From Alphaproteobacteria bacterium (lineage in GTDB: Bacteria; Pseudomonadota; Alphaproteobacteria; UBA6615): 64,000 bases of DNA. The position numbers and the translations under genes were made by a program. Positions 39,630 through 50,056 of this stretch are shown one piece after another; position 1 is the first letter of the stretch, and each line of letters begins with the position of its first letter. The notes beneath the pieces are model-generated. The model was not told where the DNA came from and searched no databases. It was given only the letters and a program-made list of their open reading frames with translations. Location of the stretch: contig JAALLF010000004.1 in the NCBI GenBank assembly GCA_011087645.1, positions 76,987 to 140,986 of the forward strand, in the 5' to 3' direction.

Positions 39630-40769
39630 ATGCAACGTCGAGATTTTGTCGCAGGCGCCGCCGGTGTTGTTGTGGGTGCAGGTGCTACCGCAGCAGTATT
39701 GACACAACGCAAAGAAGAGCCAGCCCCCGTGGTCGCGGCTCCGGCCGCACCAGCGATTGTAAAAGATCGCATCGAGCTCGCGATGGTCACCACCTGGCCA
39801 CGCGATTTCCCCGGTCTAGGCACCGGCGCGCAGCGCATGGCGCAGCGCATGTCGGATATGAGCGATGGCCGCATTCAGGTGCAGTACTTCGCCGCCGGCG
39901 AGCGCGTTGGCGCGTTTGACTCGTTCGACGAAGTCGCCTCGGGCAACGCCCAGGGCTATCACGCTGCCGATTACTACTGGAAAGGCAAACATCCCGGTTG
40001 GGCGTATTTCACTTCTGTCCCCTTTGGTCTGACCTATACCGAGATGAACGCCTGGATCCGTTTCGGCGGTGGTCAGGAACTTTGGGACGAACTGGCGGGT
40101 CAATTCGATCTTAAGGGTGTCATGGCTGGTAGCACAGGCGTTCAGATGGGTGGCTGGTTCAATAAAGAGATCAACTCCGCCGACGACCTCAAAGGTCTCA
40201 AAATGCGTATCCCAGGTCTTGGCGGCGACGTCATGGCTAAGCTGGGCGCCTCACCGGTCTCGTTGCCGGGCGGTCAGATTTACGAAAATCTTGTTTCGGG
40301 CGCCATCGATGCCACCGAATGGGTTGGTCCGTGGAACGACAGTTTCATGAAGTTCTATGAAGCCGCTAAGTTCTACTACTTCCCAGGCATGCACGAGCCA
40401 GGCTCTATGCTAGCGTTCGGCATGAACGCATCGTTCTGGGGCACACTTTCGAAGAGTGACCAAACGCTCATCGAAGCTGCAGCGGCGATGGAGAACGACG
40501 TCATGATGTCCGAGTACAACGCCAAGAACGGCGCCTCGCTCGCGACACTCATTAAGGATCAGGGTGTGCAGTTGCGCGAATTCAACGACGAAATCTATGA
40601 CAGCTTCGGCAAAGCCGCCGATGAGGTCTTCGATGAAGTTCGCGCTCATAGCGACCTTGCCAACCGCATCCACGAGAGCTTCTTGAAATCTCGTTCGGAA
40701 GTTGGTGGCTGGGCGAACATTTCCGATGTTGCCTATCTGCGTCAGCGCAACCGCGTTCTCGGTCTGTAG
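39630..40769 (+). CDS. TRAP transporter substrate-binding protein (DctP-like, COG4663-type) with Tat signal
   Basis: In-frame ATG at 39630 gives MQRRDFVAGAAGVVVG (twin-arginine); mature domain carries DctP-family motifs. Confidence 0.85.
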   Translation: MQRRDFVAGAAGVVVGAGATAAVLTQRKEEPAPVVAAPAAPAIVKDRIELAMVTTWPRDFPGLGTGAQRMAQRMSDMSDGRIQVQYFAAGERVGAFDSFDEVASGNAQGYHAADYYWKGKHPGWAYFTSVPFGLTYTEMNAWIRFGGGQELWDELAGQFDLKGVMAGSTGVQMGGWFNKEINSADDLKGLKMRIPGLGGDVMAKLGASPVSLPGGQIYENLVSGAIDATEWVGPWNDSFMKFYEAAKFYYFPGMHEPGSMLAFGMNASFWGTLSKSDQTLIEAAAAMENDVMMSEYNAKNGASLATLIKDQGVQLREFNDEIYDSFGKAADEVFDEVRAHSDLANRIHESFLKSRSEVGGWANISDVAYLRQRNRVLGL

Positions 40770-40798
40770 TCCGGAACCGTTGCGAGCTGAATGCGAAA

Positions 40799-40826
40799 GA
40801 AAGCGGAGCCCTCGGGCTCCGCTTTC
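40799..40826 (+). terminator. Intercistronic hairpin (GAAAGCGGAGCCC-tc-GGGCTCCGCTTTC) between the TRAP SBP and permease genes
   Basis: 13-bp perfect inverted repeat 30 nt after the SBP stop; probable attenuator/processing hairpin giving SBP excess. Confidence 0.55.
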
Positions 40827-40913
40827 CGCATCGCCATAAAGATATAGTGACTTGTCGAATGCTCGTTTTCCCGCTGAGGTCAGGACTCCTGGGGAATTAT
40901 CTCCAATGACCGT

Positions 40914-41975
40914 ATGGTGGGAGCCGACGAGATGACCGCGACAACCCTGGATAACCCCGCCTGGGAAATCCGCAATGCGGACCTGCTGTTCCGAACCGTC
41001 GCGCTTACCATTGTCGCGATGGCGTTGGCCTTCATCTTTAACAACTATCTTATTTTCTGGCGTGGCTGGCCGGGCATCGTCAACTTTTTCTCGCACCAGG
41101 GTTGGTTCGGGTTTGAACCCTTACGCAAGCCGCTCAGCGGTGAAGCCGTCACTCTGGGCTGGCTGCAATTCGTTGGCTATTGGGCACTATTTCTTGCGAT
41201 CATTGGATACGTTACGGGGACGCGCCATCGCACGCTACGCCTCGATGCCGAACGGTTTTCGGCCCTCGCCTCCTACATAATCCGGGTAGCGTTTTGGTCG
41301 GTATTACTCATTGGTATCGTCGACAGCGCGATATCTTTTGTGCGCGTCGAAGGTTTCCTGCCGGCAATCGTCGGAGACGAACTCGCCAAACAGCTCGGTC
41401 AATCGCGGTTCCGCGGCACCTTCGTCCATTACCCGTTGGTCCTGACCTCTCTGGTGATCGCCTATTTTGTGCGTGGGTTGGGATTTACCTGGCTCGCGCT
41501 CTTGGTGGTTCTCGCCGAGTTTCAAATCGTCGTGGTCCGTTTCATATTTTCCTATGAACAGGCCTTTCTTGGCGACCTGGTGCGCTTCTGGTACGCGGCG
41601 TTGTTCCTATTCGCCAGCGCCTACACCTTGATCGAAGAGGGCCATGTGCGCGTCGACGTGCTCTACGCCGGGTTCGACAAACGCGGGAAGGCCTGGATCA
41701 ACGCCCTGGGATCCCTATTACTCGGCATCCCCCTATGCTGGACGATTCTCGCATTGGGCATGTGGAGCAAGGCAACCGTTATCAACAGCCCGCTTTTGGC
41801 CTTCGAAACCACCCAAAGCGGATTCGGGTTGTACGTGAAGTATCTGATGGCCGGTTTCCTCGCCGTTTATGCCCTATCGATGATGGTGCAGTTCACCAGC
41901 TATTTCCTCTCGAACGTCGCCGACTTGCGCGGAGAACCGGGTGGCCGAGAACCGGCCAACGGATCGACGCACTAG
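40914..41975 (+). CDS. TRAP transporter small permease (DctQ-like) with N-terminal extension of extra TM helices
   Basis: C-terminal half has a DctQ-like EGHVRVDVLY region; at 353 aa it is almost twice the usual DctQ length. Confidence 0.7.
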   Translation: MVGADEMTATTLDNPAWEIRNADLLFRTVALTIVAMALAFIFNNYLIFWRGWPGIVNFFSHQGWFGFEPLRKPLSGEAVTLGWLQFVGYWALFLAIIGYVTGTRHRTLRLDAERFSALASYIIRVAFWSVLLIGIVDSAISFVRVEGFLPAIVGDELAKQLGQSRFRGTFVHYPLVLTSLVIAYFVRGLGFTWLALLVVLAEFQIVVVRFIFSYEQAFLGDLVRFWYAALFLFASAYTLIEEGHVRVDVLYAGFDKRGKAWINALGSLLLGIPLCWTILALGMWSKATVINSPLLAFETTQSGFGLYVKYLMAGFLAVYALSMMVQFTSYFLSNVADLRGEPGGREPANGSTH

Positions 41976-42002
41976 GCTGTCGATCGCGGGGGAATTGGAA
42001 CG

Positions 42003-44669
42003 ATGGAACTTTTCTTTTTAGCGCTACTTGTCCTGACCATGGCTGGCGCCTTGGCCGCTGGGTTCCCCGTGGCGTTTGCACTGCCGGGTTCGGCGATTTT
42101 AACGATTGGCATTGCCTCCATAGCTGGTGCGTTATTCGCTGGCGATGTGAGCGCGTTTTTTGCCCAGGATGGCCCCGTTCAGTGGTTGACCGCCGGCGTC
42201 ACCAATTTTCGCGGTGTCTATTGGGAAGTCGAGCGCGATACGCTGATTGCCGTACCGCTGTTCGTGTTCATGGGCATCATGCTGCAGCGCTCGAAGATCG
42301 CCGAGGATTTGCTGGTCACCATGGCGCAGCTGTTCGGTCCGATACCGGGTGGGCTCGGCATCTCGGTCGTCCTGGTCGGCGCTCTACTCGCCGCGACCAC
42401 CGGCATCCTGGGGGCCACAGTGGTCGCCATGGGGCTGATTTCGTTGCCGGCGATGCTGCGCAACAATTACTCCAAGCCTCTAGCGACCGGCACCATCGCC
42501 GCGGCCGGCACCCTGGGTCAAATTATCCCGCCCTCGATCGTTCTGATCATCCTTGCCGATCAGCTCTCCAACGCAACCGATCAGGCCGGCACCCTGCGCC
42601 AAATCGAATATAAGAACGCCACCGGGCAAGCAGTATTGCCGACAGAATTCGGTATCACCTCGACCAGCGCCGGCGATATGTTCCTCGGCGCATTTCTACC
42701 CGGCCTTGTCCTGGTTGGGCTGTATGTCACCTACATTCTGATTACCGCGATCATTCGTCCAAAATCCGCGCCGCCGGTACCGTCCGACGATAAGTTCGAT
42801 CTACAATTCGCCTTTCGGGTCATACTTGCACTGGTCCCGCCCCTGGCATTGATTTTCGCCGTTCTGGGTTCGATCATTCTCGGTATTGCAACTGTCAACC
42901 AAGCCGGCGCCATCGGCGCGATTGGCGCCATGATCATGGCGGGTTACCGTCTGATGGAGGGCAAGCGCGGCGCCTTTACCCCTGCCATAATCGCTATCGT
43001 ATCGATCGTCGCCATTATGGTTTTGCTGGGTCAATTCGATCTCAACATTAAGAGTATCGATACCCGCCAAGACTTGACCGGTGTCATTCTCGCGGTCATC
43101 GCGGTCATAGGCTTGCTCTTCGCGGTCGGCTGGAGCGGCTGGCGGACAGTGAAAATCGACGACACGTTGAAGGGTGTCATGGTGGAGACCGCCAAGACCA
43201 CTTCGATGGTTTTCATCATCTTACTCGGCGCGGCGATGCTAACCGCCGCGTTTCGCAGTTTCGGCGGTGAAGAGCTGGTGAAGGAATTTCTCACCAGCCT
43301 GCCGGGCGGGTTCTGGACCCAGTTCATCGTCGTCATGGGCGTGATCTTCCTTCTGGGGTTCTTCCTCGACTTCATCGAAATCGCCGTTGTCGTGGTTCCT
43401 ATCGTCGCGCCGATCCTGCTGTCCGATCCGGCCGCCAATGTGACCGCCGTATGGTTAGGCGTGATGATCGGCGTAAACATGCAGACATCTTTCTTGACGC
43501 CGCCCTTCGGCTTCGCGTTGTTCTATCTTCGCGGCGTGGCGCCGATAGAGGTCAAAACCACCGATATTTATCGTGGTGTCGTCGCCTTCATTCTGCTGCA
43601 ACTGGTCGGCCTCGGCATTGCCGGCACCTTCCCCAGCCTAGTGAACTTCCTGCCCAACCAATCCTTCCTGACCGCCGAAACGGCCCCGCCGCCGAAAAAC
43701 CCCCGCCTCCAGCAATGCCTCGAGCAGCATATTTTTGCGGTTTATGACGACAGCAGCGACACTTTGCGGACCGCCATTCAAGGGGCGATGCGCCTCGACA
43801 TCAGCTACCTGCCCGAGAACCGCCAGAGCGAGTTGGCGAAGAGTTTCGATCTGGCGCTCGGAACTTTCGATCTGGTGACGCAGGTGCGCGCTGCCGAGGC
43901 CGACGTGGCGCAGGCGACCGTGACCTACCGTCCGATTCATGTCGATGTTCGCAACCTGCAAAAGGATGTCCGCAATATCGATGATGAGATTGATGAACTC
44001 AGCGATGATCTCAACCGCCTAAGACGAAGCCAAGCAACCTTGTCTGGCGACCTCAAAGATATTGAAAATATCATTGAGGCATTGGAGGCGGAAAAGGCGG
44101 TGATTGAGGGCCAAATACCTGGTAGCTGGGAGAATGACCGCAAACAGTTCGTCAGCCTTCTCACCGCGCAGAAAAAAGCACGCCGGGACTATCGCCGCAA
44201 TGTCGATAGCGCCTATGAACCGGTGAATAAATTATTATCCGTCGCGCTATCAGGGGGATCACTGGCGGAGATTTCCGGCGATATGCGGGCTCTGACGGCG
44301 ATTGCCCAGAACGGGACGGTCGATGAGGTGAAAGCCGCCCTGAAAGCCGCCCGGAGCGCGCTCAGCAAAGCCGCGCCAGATACCGGCGCGATCAGTTCGG
44401 TCCTGACCAAGGCTGACCGTGCCTTGAAGAAAAATGGCAACGGCCGCGAGACGGCCGTCGAATTCGTTGCCGAGGCTGTCGCGCTTTACACCAGCGAAGT
44501 AACGTGGCGCGAACGCGCCGCCACAGACCTATTCGCCGACCTCAGCAGCTATGACGACGCCATTAAGAATTCCATCGGCATTCGCCTGCAGGATCGCCTA
44601 CCGACCAGCATCGCTAGAAGTGTCGCCGCTTGCCGTTCCCAGCATCGCGACATATCGTTGAATTTCTAG
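42003..44669 (+). CDS. TRAP transporter large permease (DctM-like, residues about 1-545) fused to a cytoplasmic coiled-coil domain of about 340 aa
   Basis: Polytopic DctM-like N-terminal part, then a hydrophilic C-terminal region rich in heptad-like segments (IDDEIDELSDDLNRLRRSQATLSGDLKDIENIIEALEAEKAVIEGQ), all in one continuous frame. Confidence 0.8.
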   Translation: MELFFLALLVLTMAGALAAGFPVAFALPGSAILTIGIASIAGALFAGDVSAFFAQDGPVQWLTAGVTNFRGVYWEVERDTLIAVPLFVFMGIMLQRSKIAEDLLVTMAQLFGPIPGGLGISVVLVGALLAATTGILGATVVAMGLISLPAMLRNNYSKPLATGTIAAAGTLGQIIPPSIVLIILADQLSNATDQAGTLRQIEYKNATGQAVLPTEFGITSTSAGDMFLGAFLPGLVLVGLYVTYILITAIIRPKSAPPVPSDDKFDLQFAFRVILALVPPLALIFAVLGSIILGIATVNQAGAIGAIGAMIMAGYRLMEGKRGAFTPAIIAIVSIVAIMVLLGQFDLNIKSIDTRQDLTGVILAVIAVIGLLFAVGWSGWRTVKIDDTLKGVMVETAKTTSMVFIILLGAAMLTAAFRSFGGEELVKEFLTSLPGGFWTQFIVVMGVIFLLGFFLDFIEIAVVVVPIVAPILLSDPAANVTAVWLGVMIGVNMQTSFLTPPFGFALFYLRGVAPIEVKTTDIYRGVVAFILLQLVGLGIAGTFPSLVNFLPNQSFLTAETAPPPKNPRLQQCLEQHIFAVYDDSSDTLRTAIQGAMRLDISYLPENRQSELAKSFDLALGTFDLVTQVRAAEADVAQATVTYRPIHVDVRNLQKDVRNIDDEIDELSDDLNRLRRSQATLSGDLKDIENIIEALEAEKAVIEGQIPGSWENDRKQFVSLLTAQKKARRDYRRNVDSAYEPVNKLLSVALSGGSLAEISGDMRALTAIAQNGTVDEVKAALKAARSALSKAAPDTGAISSVLTKADRALKKNGNGRETAVEFVAEAVALYTSEVTWRERAATDLFADLSSYDDAIKNSIGIRLQDRLPTSIARSVAACRSQHRDISLNF

Positions 44670-45310
44670 CGTTCCTTCGAGAACAGCCGCCAGGCAACGG
44701 GAAATAGGACTGCGGCCAAGGCGAGCTTCAACGCGTCACCCACCAAGAACGGCATTAAACCACCGGCGATGGCCGCGCTCATGGCTGTATTCGCGCCCGT
44801 AGCGGCAATGGATTGCGCACCCGGTCCGGCGTAGAACATCGTCAGCCAAATCAAACCGGGAATATAGAGAACGATATTGCCGATCAGCATGGCGGCCGCT
44901 GCCAGCCACACATTGCGGTCCCAGCCCAGCTCCGCCAAATAGCCGATAATTACCGCGGCAAAAATAAATCCAACGATAAATCCGCCCGACGGGGCCGCCA
45001 AAGCGGCAAAGCCGGCGGCGCCCTTTGCGAAGACCGGCAGATTAAAAACCGCGCCTTCAATCAAATATAAAATTAGCGTCGCACCACCCAGCCGCCAGCC
45101 GAACGCCATGCCGACCACTAGAACGGCGAAAGTTTGCCCGGTTACCGGCACCGGCCACAGTGGCACCACAACCTGCGCGCTCAGGGCCACAAACAGGCTA
45201 CCGACAATAGCGAGAATGACATTGCGGACCACCCGCATCACGGTTGGCGACGAGGCGTCGGGCCATAAGGTTTCGGCCAGGGTCGGCTGCATTTGTGCGC
45301 TCGCTGTCAT
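44666..45310 (-). CDS. bioY: Biotin transporter BioY (ECF-type S component or solitary)
   Basis: BioY family about 190-210 aa, with conserved hydrophobic helices (VALSAQVVVPLWPVPVTGQTFAVLVVGMAFGWRLG). Confidence 0.85.
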   Translation of the reverse strand: MTASAQMQPTLAETLWPDASSPTVMRVVRNVILAIVGSLFVALSAQVVVPLWPVPVTGQTFAVLVVGMAFGWRLGGATLILYLIEGAVFNLPVFAKGAAGFAALAAPSGGFIVGFIFAAVIIGYLAELGWDRNVWLAAAAMLIGNIVLYIPGLIWLTMFYAGPGAQSIAATGANTAMSAAIAGGLMPFLVGDALKLALAAVLFPVAWRLFSKER

Positions 45311-45390
45311 ATCTCAATACCCCTTGTTCACGGTCGGTCTGTCACCGAATAGTCTTGCTTGTTAGCATTTCCGTCCAGCGCCAACAATAA

Positions 45391-45400
45391 TTGGCGCCAA
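45391..45400. promoter_or_regulatory. TTGGCGCCAA perfect palindrome (within AATTGGCGCCAAATT) in the bioY upstream / parC downstream region
   Basis: Seen directly; GCGCCAA is also directly repeated 15 nt upstream. Confidence 0.25.
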
Positions 45401-45411
45401 ATTGTCATTTA

Positions 45412-47640
45412 TCACGAGAACCTGTTCGATCGCGGGAATCCTTGCGGCGGCAGACGGCCTGCCTGAGCGCGTTTGCCCACCCAGTCGGCGATCTCCTTTT
45501 GCTCGAACGTGCGATGGCGCTCGCCGGTGCGCACCGTCAGGCCATCACCCATCGTAAAGGTTAGCCCGTCGCGCAGCCCGCCATTGGCATAGCTCTGTAA
45601 TTTGATGCCCCGTCCCCGCGACATCTCAGGTAATTCAGCGAGCGGGAAAATCAGCAATTTACGATTGTCGCCGATGACCGCCACATGGTCGCCCTTAGCG
45701 ACGGTACAGACTTGCGCTTCCACATCGCCGCGCACATTCAAGACCTGCTTGCCGCTGCGGGTCTGCGCCACCACCTCTTCTTCCGCCACGACGAAGCCGC
45801 GCCCGTCGCTGGCCGCGACAAATAGCTTACGATCGGCCTGGTGGACCAAAATGCCAACGATATCAGCATCGTTGCCAAGATCGATCATCAGGCTCAGCGG
45901 TTCGCCATGGCCCCGGCCGCCGGGCAGCTTATCGACGCCAACGGTGTAGAAACGCCCATTGGTGGCAAATACCAGCACCTTATCGGTGGTTTCCGCAGCG
46001 ACGATGAACCGGCTGCTGTCACCCTCTTTATACTTTAGGGTCGCTTGATCGACATTGTGGCCCTTGATGGTCCGCACCCAGCCCTTTTGCGAACAAACGA
46101 TGGTGACCTGCTCGCGCTCTATGATCGCTTCCACCGGAACAATGATGGGCTCGGGCGCGTCGCTGACCTTGGTGCGGCGCCGGCCGATGTCGGTCTTGGG
46201 ACCAAACTTCTTTTTAATCTCGGCGATTTCCGATGCAAGCCGATCGAGGCGCTTCTTACGGTCGCGCAGCAGGGCCCGCAGAGACTTTTGCTCGCCCTCG
46301 AGCTGGGAAATTTCCTCCTGGATGGCGATTTCTTCCAACCGCCGCAAGGCCCGCAGGCGCATATTCAAAATAGCGTCGACTTGCGCGTCAGTCAGCTTCC
46401 AACGCTTTTTCATCACCGCCTTGGGATCGTCTTCCTCGCGAATAATGCGAATGACCTCGTCGAGATTGAGATAGACGATCATGTAGCCTTGCAGGACTTC
46501 CAAGCGGCTGGCGATCTTCTCGAGGCGATGCTTGCTGCGCCGCACCAGCACATCGTGGCGGTGATCGAGGAACGCCTGCAAAACCTCGCGCAGCGACATC
46601 ACACGCGGCGTTTGATCGGCGTCGAGGACATTCATATTCAAGCCAATGCGGGTTTCCAGCTCGGTCTGGCGGAACAGACTTTCCATCAACACCGCCGGCT
46701 CCACGTTGCGGCTTTTCGGTTCCAGCACCAAGCGGATGTCTTCGGCCGACTCATCGCGCACATCGGCCAACATGGCCAGTTTACGGGCCTGCAGCAGATC
46801 AGCGATTTTTTCGATCAAGCGGGACTTCTGCACCTGATAGGGAATTTCCGTGACCACCACCTGATACTGGCTACGGCCGAGATCCTCGACCTCCCATTTG
46901 GCGCGGACCCGAAAACTGCCTCGACCAGTGTTATAGGCATCGATAACGCTTTCGCGGCTTTCCACCAACTCGCCCCCGGTGGGAAAATCAGGTCCGGGCA
47001 TAAAGTCGACCAGCTTGGCGATGGTCGCTTTCGGCGTTTTCAAGAGATGTAGCGCCGCGTCGCAGATTTCGCCGACATTATGGGGCGGAATACTGGACGC
47101 CATGCCGACGGCGATACCCGTGGCGCCGTTGGCCAACAGATTGGGGAAATTTGCCGGCAAGACAACCGGCTCTTCGCCTTCGCCGTCATAGGTATCGCGG
47201 AAGTCGACGGCGTCCTCGTCGATCCCTTCGAGCAACGCCACGGCAATTTCCGTCATGCGCGCTTCGGTGTAGCGCATAGCCGCGGCGTTATCGCCGTCGA
47301 TATTGCCGAAATTGCCTTGGCCGTCGACCAACGGATAGCGTACCGCGAATTCCTGCGCCAGCCGCACCATCGCATCGTAGATCGCCTGATCGCCATGGGG
47401 ATGGAACTTGCCCATCACGTCGCCAACGACGCGGGCGCATTTTTTGAAACCTTGCTCGGGGTCGAGGCGCAATTGGCGCATGGCGAATAGCAGGCGCCGG
47501 TGCACGGGTTTGAGGCCATCGCGCACATCTGGCAGCGAGCGGGCCATGATCGTCGAGACAGCATAACTCAAATAGCGCTCGCTCAGCGCGTCCTTGAACG
47601 GCTCTTCGCGAATGGTCCCGACGGAGGCGGTACTTGCCAT
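45412..47640 (-). CDS. parC: DNA topoisomerase IV subunit A
   Basis: GyrA/ParC N-terminal motifs ([16 protein letters not shown], active-site Tyr region AAMRYTE). The 742 aa length and lack of a GyrA box favour ParC. Confidence 0.9.
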   Translation of the reverse strand: MASTASVGTIREEPFKDALSERYLSYAVSTIMARSLPDVRDGLKPVHRRLLFAMRQLRLDPEQGFKKCARVVGDVMGKFHPHGDQAIYDAMVRLAQEFAVRYPLVDGQGNFGNIDGDNAAAMRYTEARMTEIAVALLEGIDEDAVDFRDTYDGEGEEPVVLPANFPNLLANGATGIAVGMASSIPPHNVGEICDAALHLLKTPKATIAKLVDFMPGPDFPTGGELVESRESVIDAYNTGRGSFRVRAKWEVEDLGRSQYQVVVTEIPYQVQKSRLIEKIADLLQARKLAMLADVRDESAEDIRLVLEPKSRNVEPAVLMESLFRQTELETRIGLNMNVLDADQTPRVMSLREVLQAFLDHRHDVLVRRSKHRLEKIASRLEVLQGYMIVYLNLDEVIRIIREEDDPKAVMKKRWKLTDAQVDAILNMRLRALRRLEEIAIQEEISQLEGEQKSLRALLRDRKKRLDRLASEIAEIKKKFGPKTDIGRRRTKVSDAPEPIIVPVEAIIEREQVTIVCSQKGWVRTIKGHNVDQATLKYKEGDSSRFIVAAETTDKVLVFATNGRFYTVGVDKLPGGRGHGEPLSLMIDLGNDADIVGILVHQADRKLFVAASDGRGFVVAEEEVVAQTRSGKQVLNVRGDVEAQVCTVAKGDHVAVIGDNRKLLIFPLAELPEMSRGRGIKLQSYANGGLRDGLTFTMGDGLTVRTGERHRTFEQKEIADWVGKRAQAGRLPPQGFPRSNRFS

Positions 47641-47714
47641 TATAATCCTCTACAACCGCAGCATATTGTGGTTAGAGGTTGTTTTAGATCAACAGATAGC
47701 GCTTTGCCACATAT

Positions 47715-48464
47715 CTATGGCGATTTTGGCGGATCTTTCAGCAAATCGGTCAGCCGATCGCGCGCGCCGGGTAGCGGCTTGTTCAACGGGTCGAATACGT
47801 GACGCGCCAAGAAATAGCGAGTCAACGTGACACCATCGCGAATATCATCCGCCGTAGCGCTGATTTCAGTACCTTCGGATGGCGCCAGAAAGCCGGGTAA
47901 CACAAGTAACTTATCCTGATAGAGCATCCCCGCCTCGCGCGACACCGCGCGGCCGGTCCGTGGGCTGACAAAGATCAAATCATCGCTCTGGCCGGTCGCC
48001 GCGCAGGTCGATAAATCCAAACCAAACCCTAGCTCGCCGAGCAGACCCAGCTCCCAGCGAATATAAACCGCCGGCCAGACGTCGTCATCGGTGTCGGCCA
48101 AACTATCGAGCAGCGCCTGGGTGGCGTGGAACATCGCCGGATGGGGTTCGCGTTCGGGCAGCGCTACTTCGGCAACCGCACACGCCGCGGCCAAAGCCGA
48201 TAGGCGCTTGGGATCGTCCATCAAAGAGGCGGCATAGGATCGCTCGACCTCCAGGGTGACGCTGCCCAGATGTTCCGGCAAACGGCCGCGCCAATTCGAT
48301 TGCACCCGATTGCCGGGCTCGACGATCGCGCGCTTCGATGACGAGCCGCCACCATGGACCAGTCCGGCATGACGGCCATGTTCGCGGGTCAGCAATTGTA
48401 CCACGGCTGCGCCCTCGCCGTGGCGGCGGGCGGCAAGCACAAAGGCTTCGTCGGTCCATTCCAT
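47715..48464 (-). CDS. recO: DNA repair protein RecO
   Basis: N-terminal OB fold (EAFVLAARRHGE) and conserved position upstream of era. Confidence 0.85.
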   Translation of the reverse strand: MEWTDEAFVLAARRHGEGAAVVQLLTREHGRHAGLVHGGGSSSKRAIVEPGNRVQSNWRGRLPEHLGSVTLEVERSYAASLMDDPKRLSALAAACAVAEVALPEREPHPAMFHATQALLDSLADTDDDVWPAVYIRWELGLLGELGFGLDLSTCAATGQSDDLIFVSPRTGRAVSREAGMLYQDKLLVLPGFLAPSEGTEISATADDIRDGVTLTRYFLARHVFDPLNKPLPGARDRLTDLLKDPPKSP

Positions 48465-48494
48465 AATGCTAAATCGTCCAACCGCCGACGCCGG

Positions 48495-49394
48495 TCAAGC
48501 GTCGTAGCGCAGACCCCATTCGCGGTAGCGGCCGGGGTCGTTGACCCAGTTTTCGCGAACTTTGACGTGGATGAACAGATGCACCGGCTGATCGAGCAAC
48601 TCGGCCAGCTCCTGCTGCGCCTCGCTGCGGATCCGCTTTATGGTCTGTCCGCCCTTACCCAGCACGATGCCTTTCTGGGTTTCACGTTCAATATAAATTA
48701 CCTGGGCAACGCGCACACTGCCATCCTTGAAGTCCCGCCAATCCTCGGTATCGACGGCCAGGGCATAGGGAAGTTCCTGATGGAGATACAAATAAGCCTT
48801 CTCCCGGGTAACCTCAGCCGCCAACAATCGCTGTGGCAGGTCGGATAACTGATCCTCGGGAAATAACCACGGGCCGGCTTGCATTTTTGACGCCAGATAG
48901 GCCTGCAGGTCGTCGACCCCATCGCCGTTGAGAGCCGACACCATGAAAACGTCGTCGAACGCGCCCTTCGCGTTTAGCTCTTCCGCCAACGCCAACAACG
49001 TTTCCCGCTTCACCGTATCGATTTTGTTGAGAACCAAGACCGCCGGGCGCTCGCCTTCATTGAGTCCCTCCATGATATGGACCACTTCATCGGTGACGCC
49101 CTTGCGGGCATCGACAACCAGAACGACGATATCGGCATCCGCCGCACCCATCCAGGCGGCATCCACCATGGCCCGTTCGAGACGCCGGTGGGGTTTAAAG
49201 ATGCCCGGCGTATCCACATAGATCACCTGGGTCGCGCCGACGATGGCGATGCCGCGAATGCGGCTGCGCGTCGTTTGCACCTTGTGGGTCACGATCGAGA
49301 CCTTGGCGCCGACGAACTGATTGACCAGCGTCGATTTACCGGCATTGGGCACGCCGATGACGGCAACCACGCCGCATTTGGTCGGATCGGCCAT
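48495..49394 (-). CDS. era: GTPase Era
   Basis: G1 GVPNAGKST, G3 DTPG, G4 NKID, C-terminal KH domain. Confidence 0.92.
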   Translation of the reverse strand: MADPTKCGVVAVIGVPNAGKSTLVNQFVGAKVSIVTHKVQTTRSRIRGIAIVGATQVIYVDTPGIFKPHRRLERAMVDAAWMGAADADIVVLVVDARKGVTDEVVHIMEGLNEGERPAVLVLNKIDTVKRETLLALAEELNAKGAFDDVFMVSALNGDGVDDLQAYLASKMQAGPWLFPEDQLSDLPQRLLAAEVTREKAYLYLHQELPYALAVDTEDWRDFKDGSVRVAQVIYIERETQKGIVLGKGGQTIKRIRSEAQQELAELLDQPVHLFIHVKVRENWVNDPGRYREWGLRYDA

Positions 49395-50056
49395 TATCCG
49401 CCAACCCCGAGCTGCGCCAATAAAAGGGTTGCCGCTTCTTGTTCGGCGGCGCGCTTGCTGCTTCCTTGGGCGAGCGCCGGCTCATGGCCCGCGGTGGTCA
49501 CCTCAACAGTGAATAGAGGCGCGTGGTCGGGTCCTTCCCGCGCGATGTCGCGATATTTCGGCAACCCGATGCCTTGCGCCTGGCTCCATTCCTGCAACGC
49601 GGTTTTGGCGTCGCGCGGCGGCGCGTCGGAGGGCTTTATCAACGGTGACCAGTGGTCGCTGATAAACCGCGCCGCTTCGGCAAAACCGCCATCGAGATAC
49701 AGCGCGGCAATCACCGCCTCGGTCGCGTCGGCCACCATGCCGTCATTGGCGGCGTCGCCGGATAGATTTAACGCCCCATCGATACCAACCGTTCGACCAA
49801 TTTGAGTGAGGGTTTCCGCCCGCACCAATTCCGCAAAGCGCCGGCCGATATCGCCTTCATCCTCGTCGGGAAAAGCGTCGAGAAGCATTTCCGCCATCGC
49901 CAAACCCAATACTCGATCGCCGAGAAACTCCAGGCGTTCGTTATTGTGAACCGCGCCGGCACTGGTGTGGGTTAAGGCACGGTCCAAAATATCCAGGTCG
50001 CGGAATGAATAGTCCAAGCTGACTTGCAGAGCGCTATACGAGCGATCGGCGGCCAT
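49394..50056 (-). CDS. rnc: Ribonuclease III
   Basis: RNase III signature ERLEFLGDRVL and C-terminal dsRBD. Confidence 0.9.
   Translation of the reverse strand: MAADRSYSALQVSLDYSFRDLDILDRALTHTSAGAVHNNERLEFLGDRVLGLAMAEMLLDAFPDEDEGDIGRRFAELVRAETLTQIGRTVGIDGALNLSGDAANDGMVADATEAVIAALYLDGGFAEAARFISDHWSPLIKPSDAPPRDAKTALQEWSQAQGIGLPKYRDIAREGPDHAPLFTVEVTTAGHEPALAQGSSKRAAEQEAATLLLAQLGVGG

Noticed and set aside
41735-42613. 292-aa ORF spanning the dctQ/dctM junction in another frame
   Set aside because: Arg/Gly/His-rich, and it overlaps two conserved membrane proteins; shadow ORF.
46045-47052. 335-aa plus-strand ORF inside parC
   Set aside because: It is antisense to a clearly conserved ParC; its composition is rich in Leu/Arg/Gly/His, typical of shadow ORFs.
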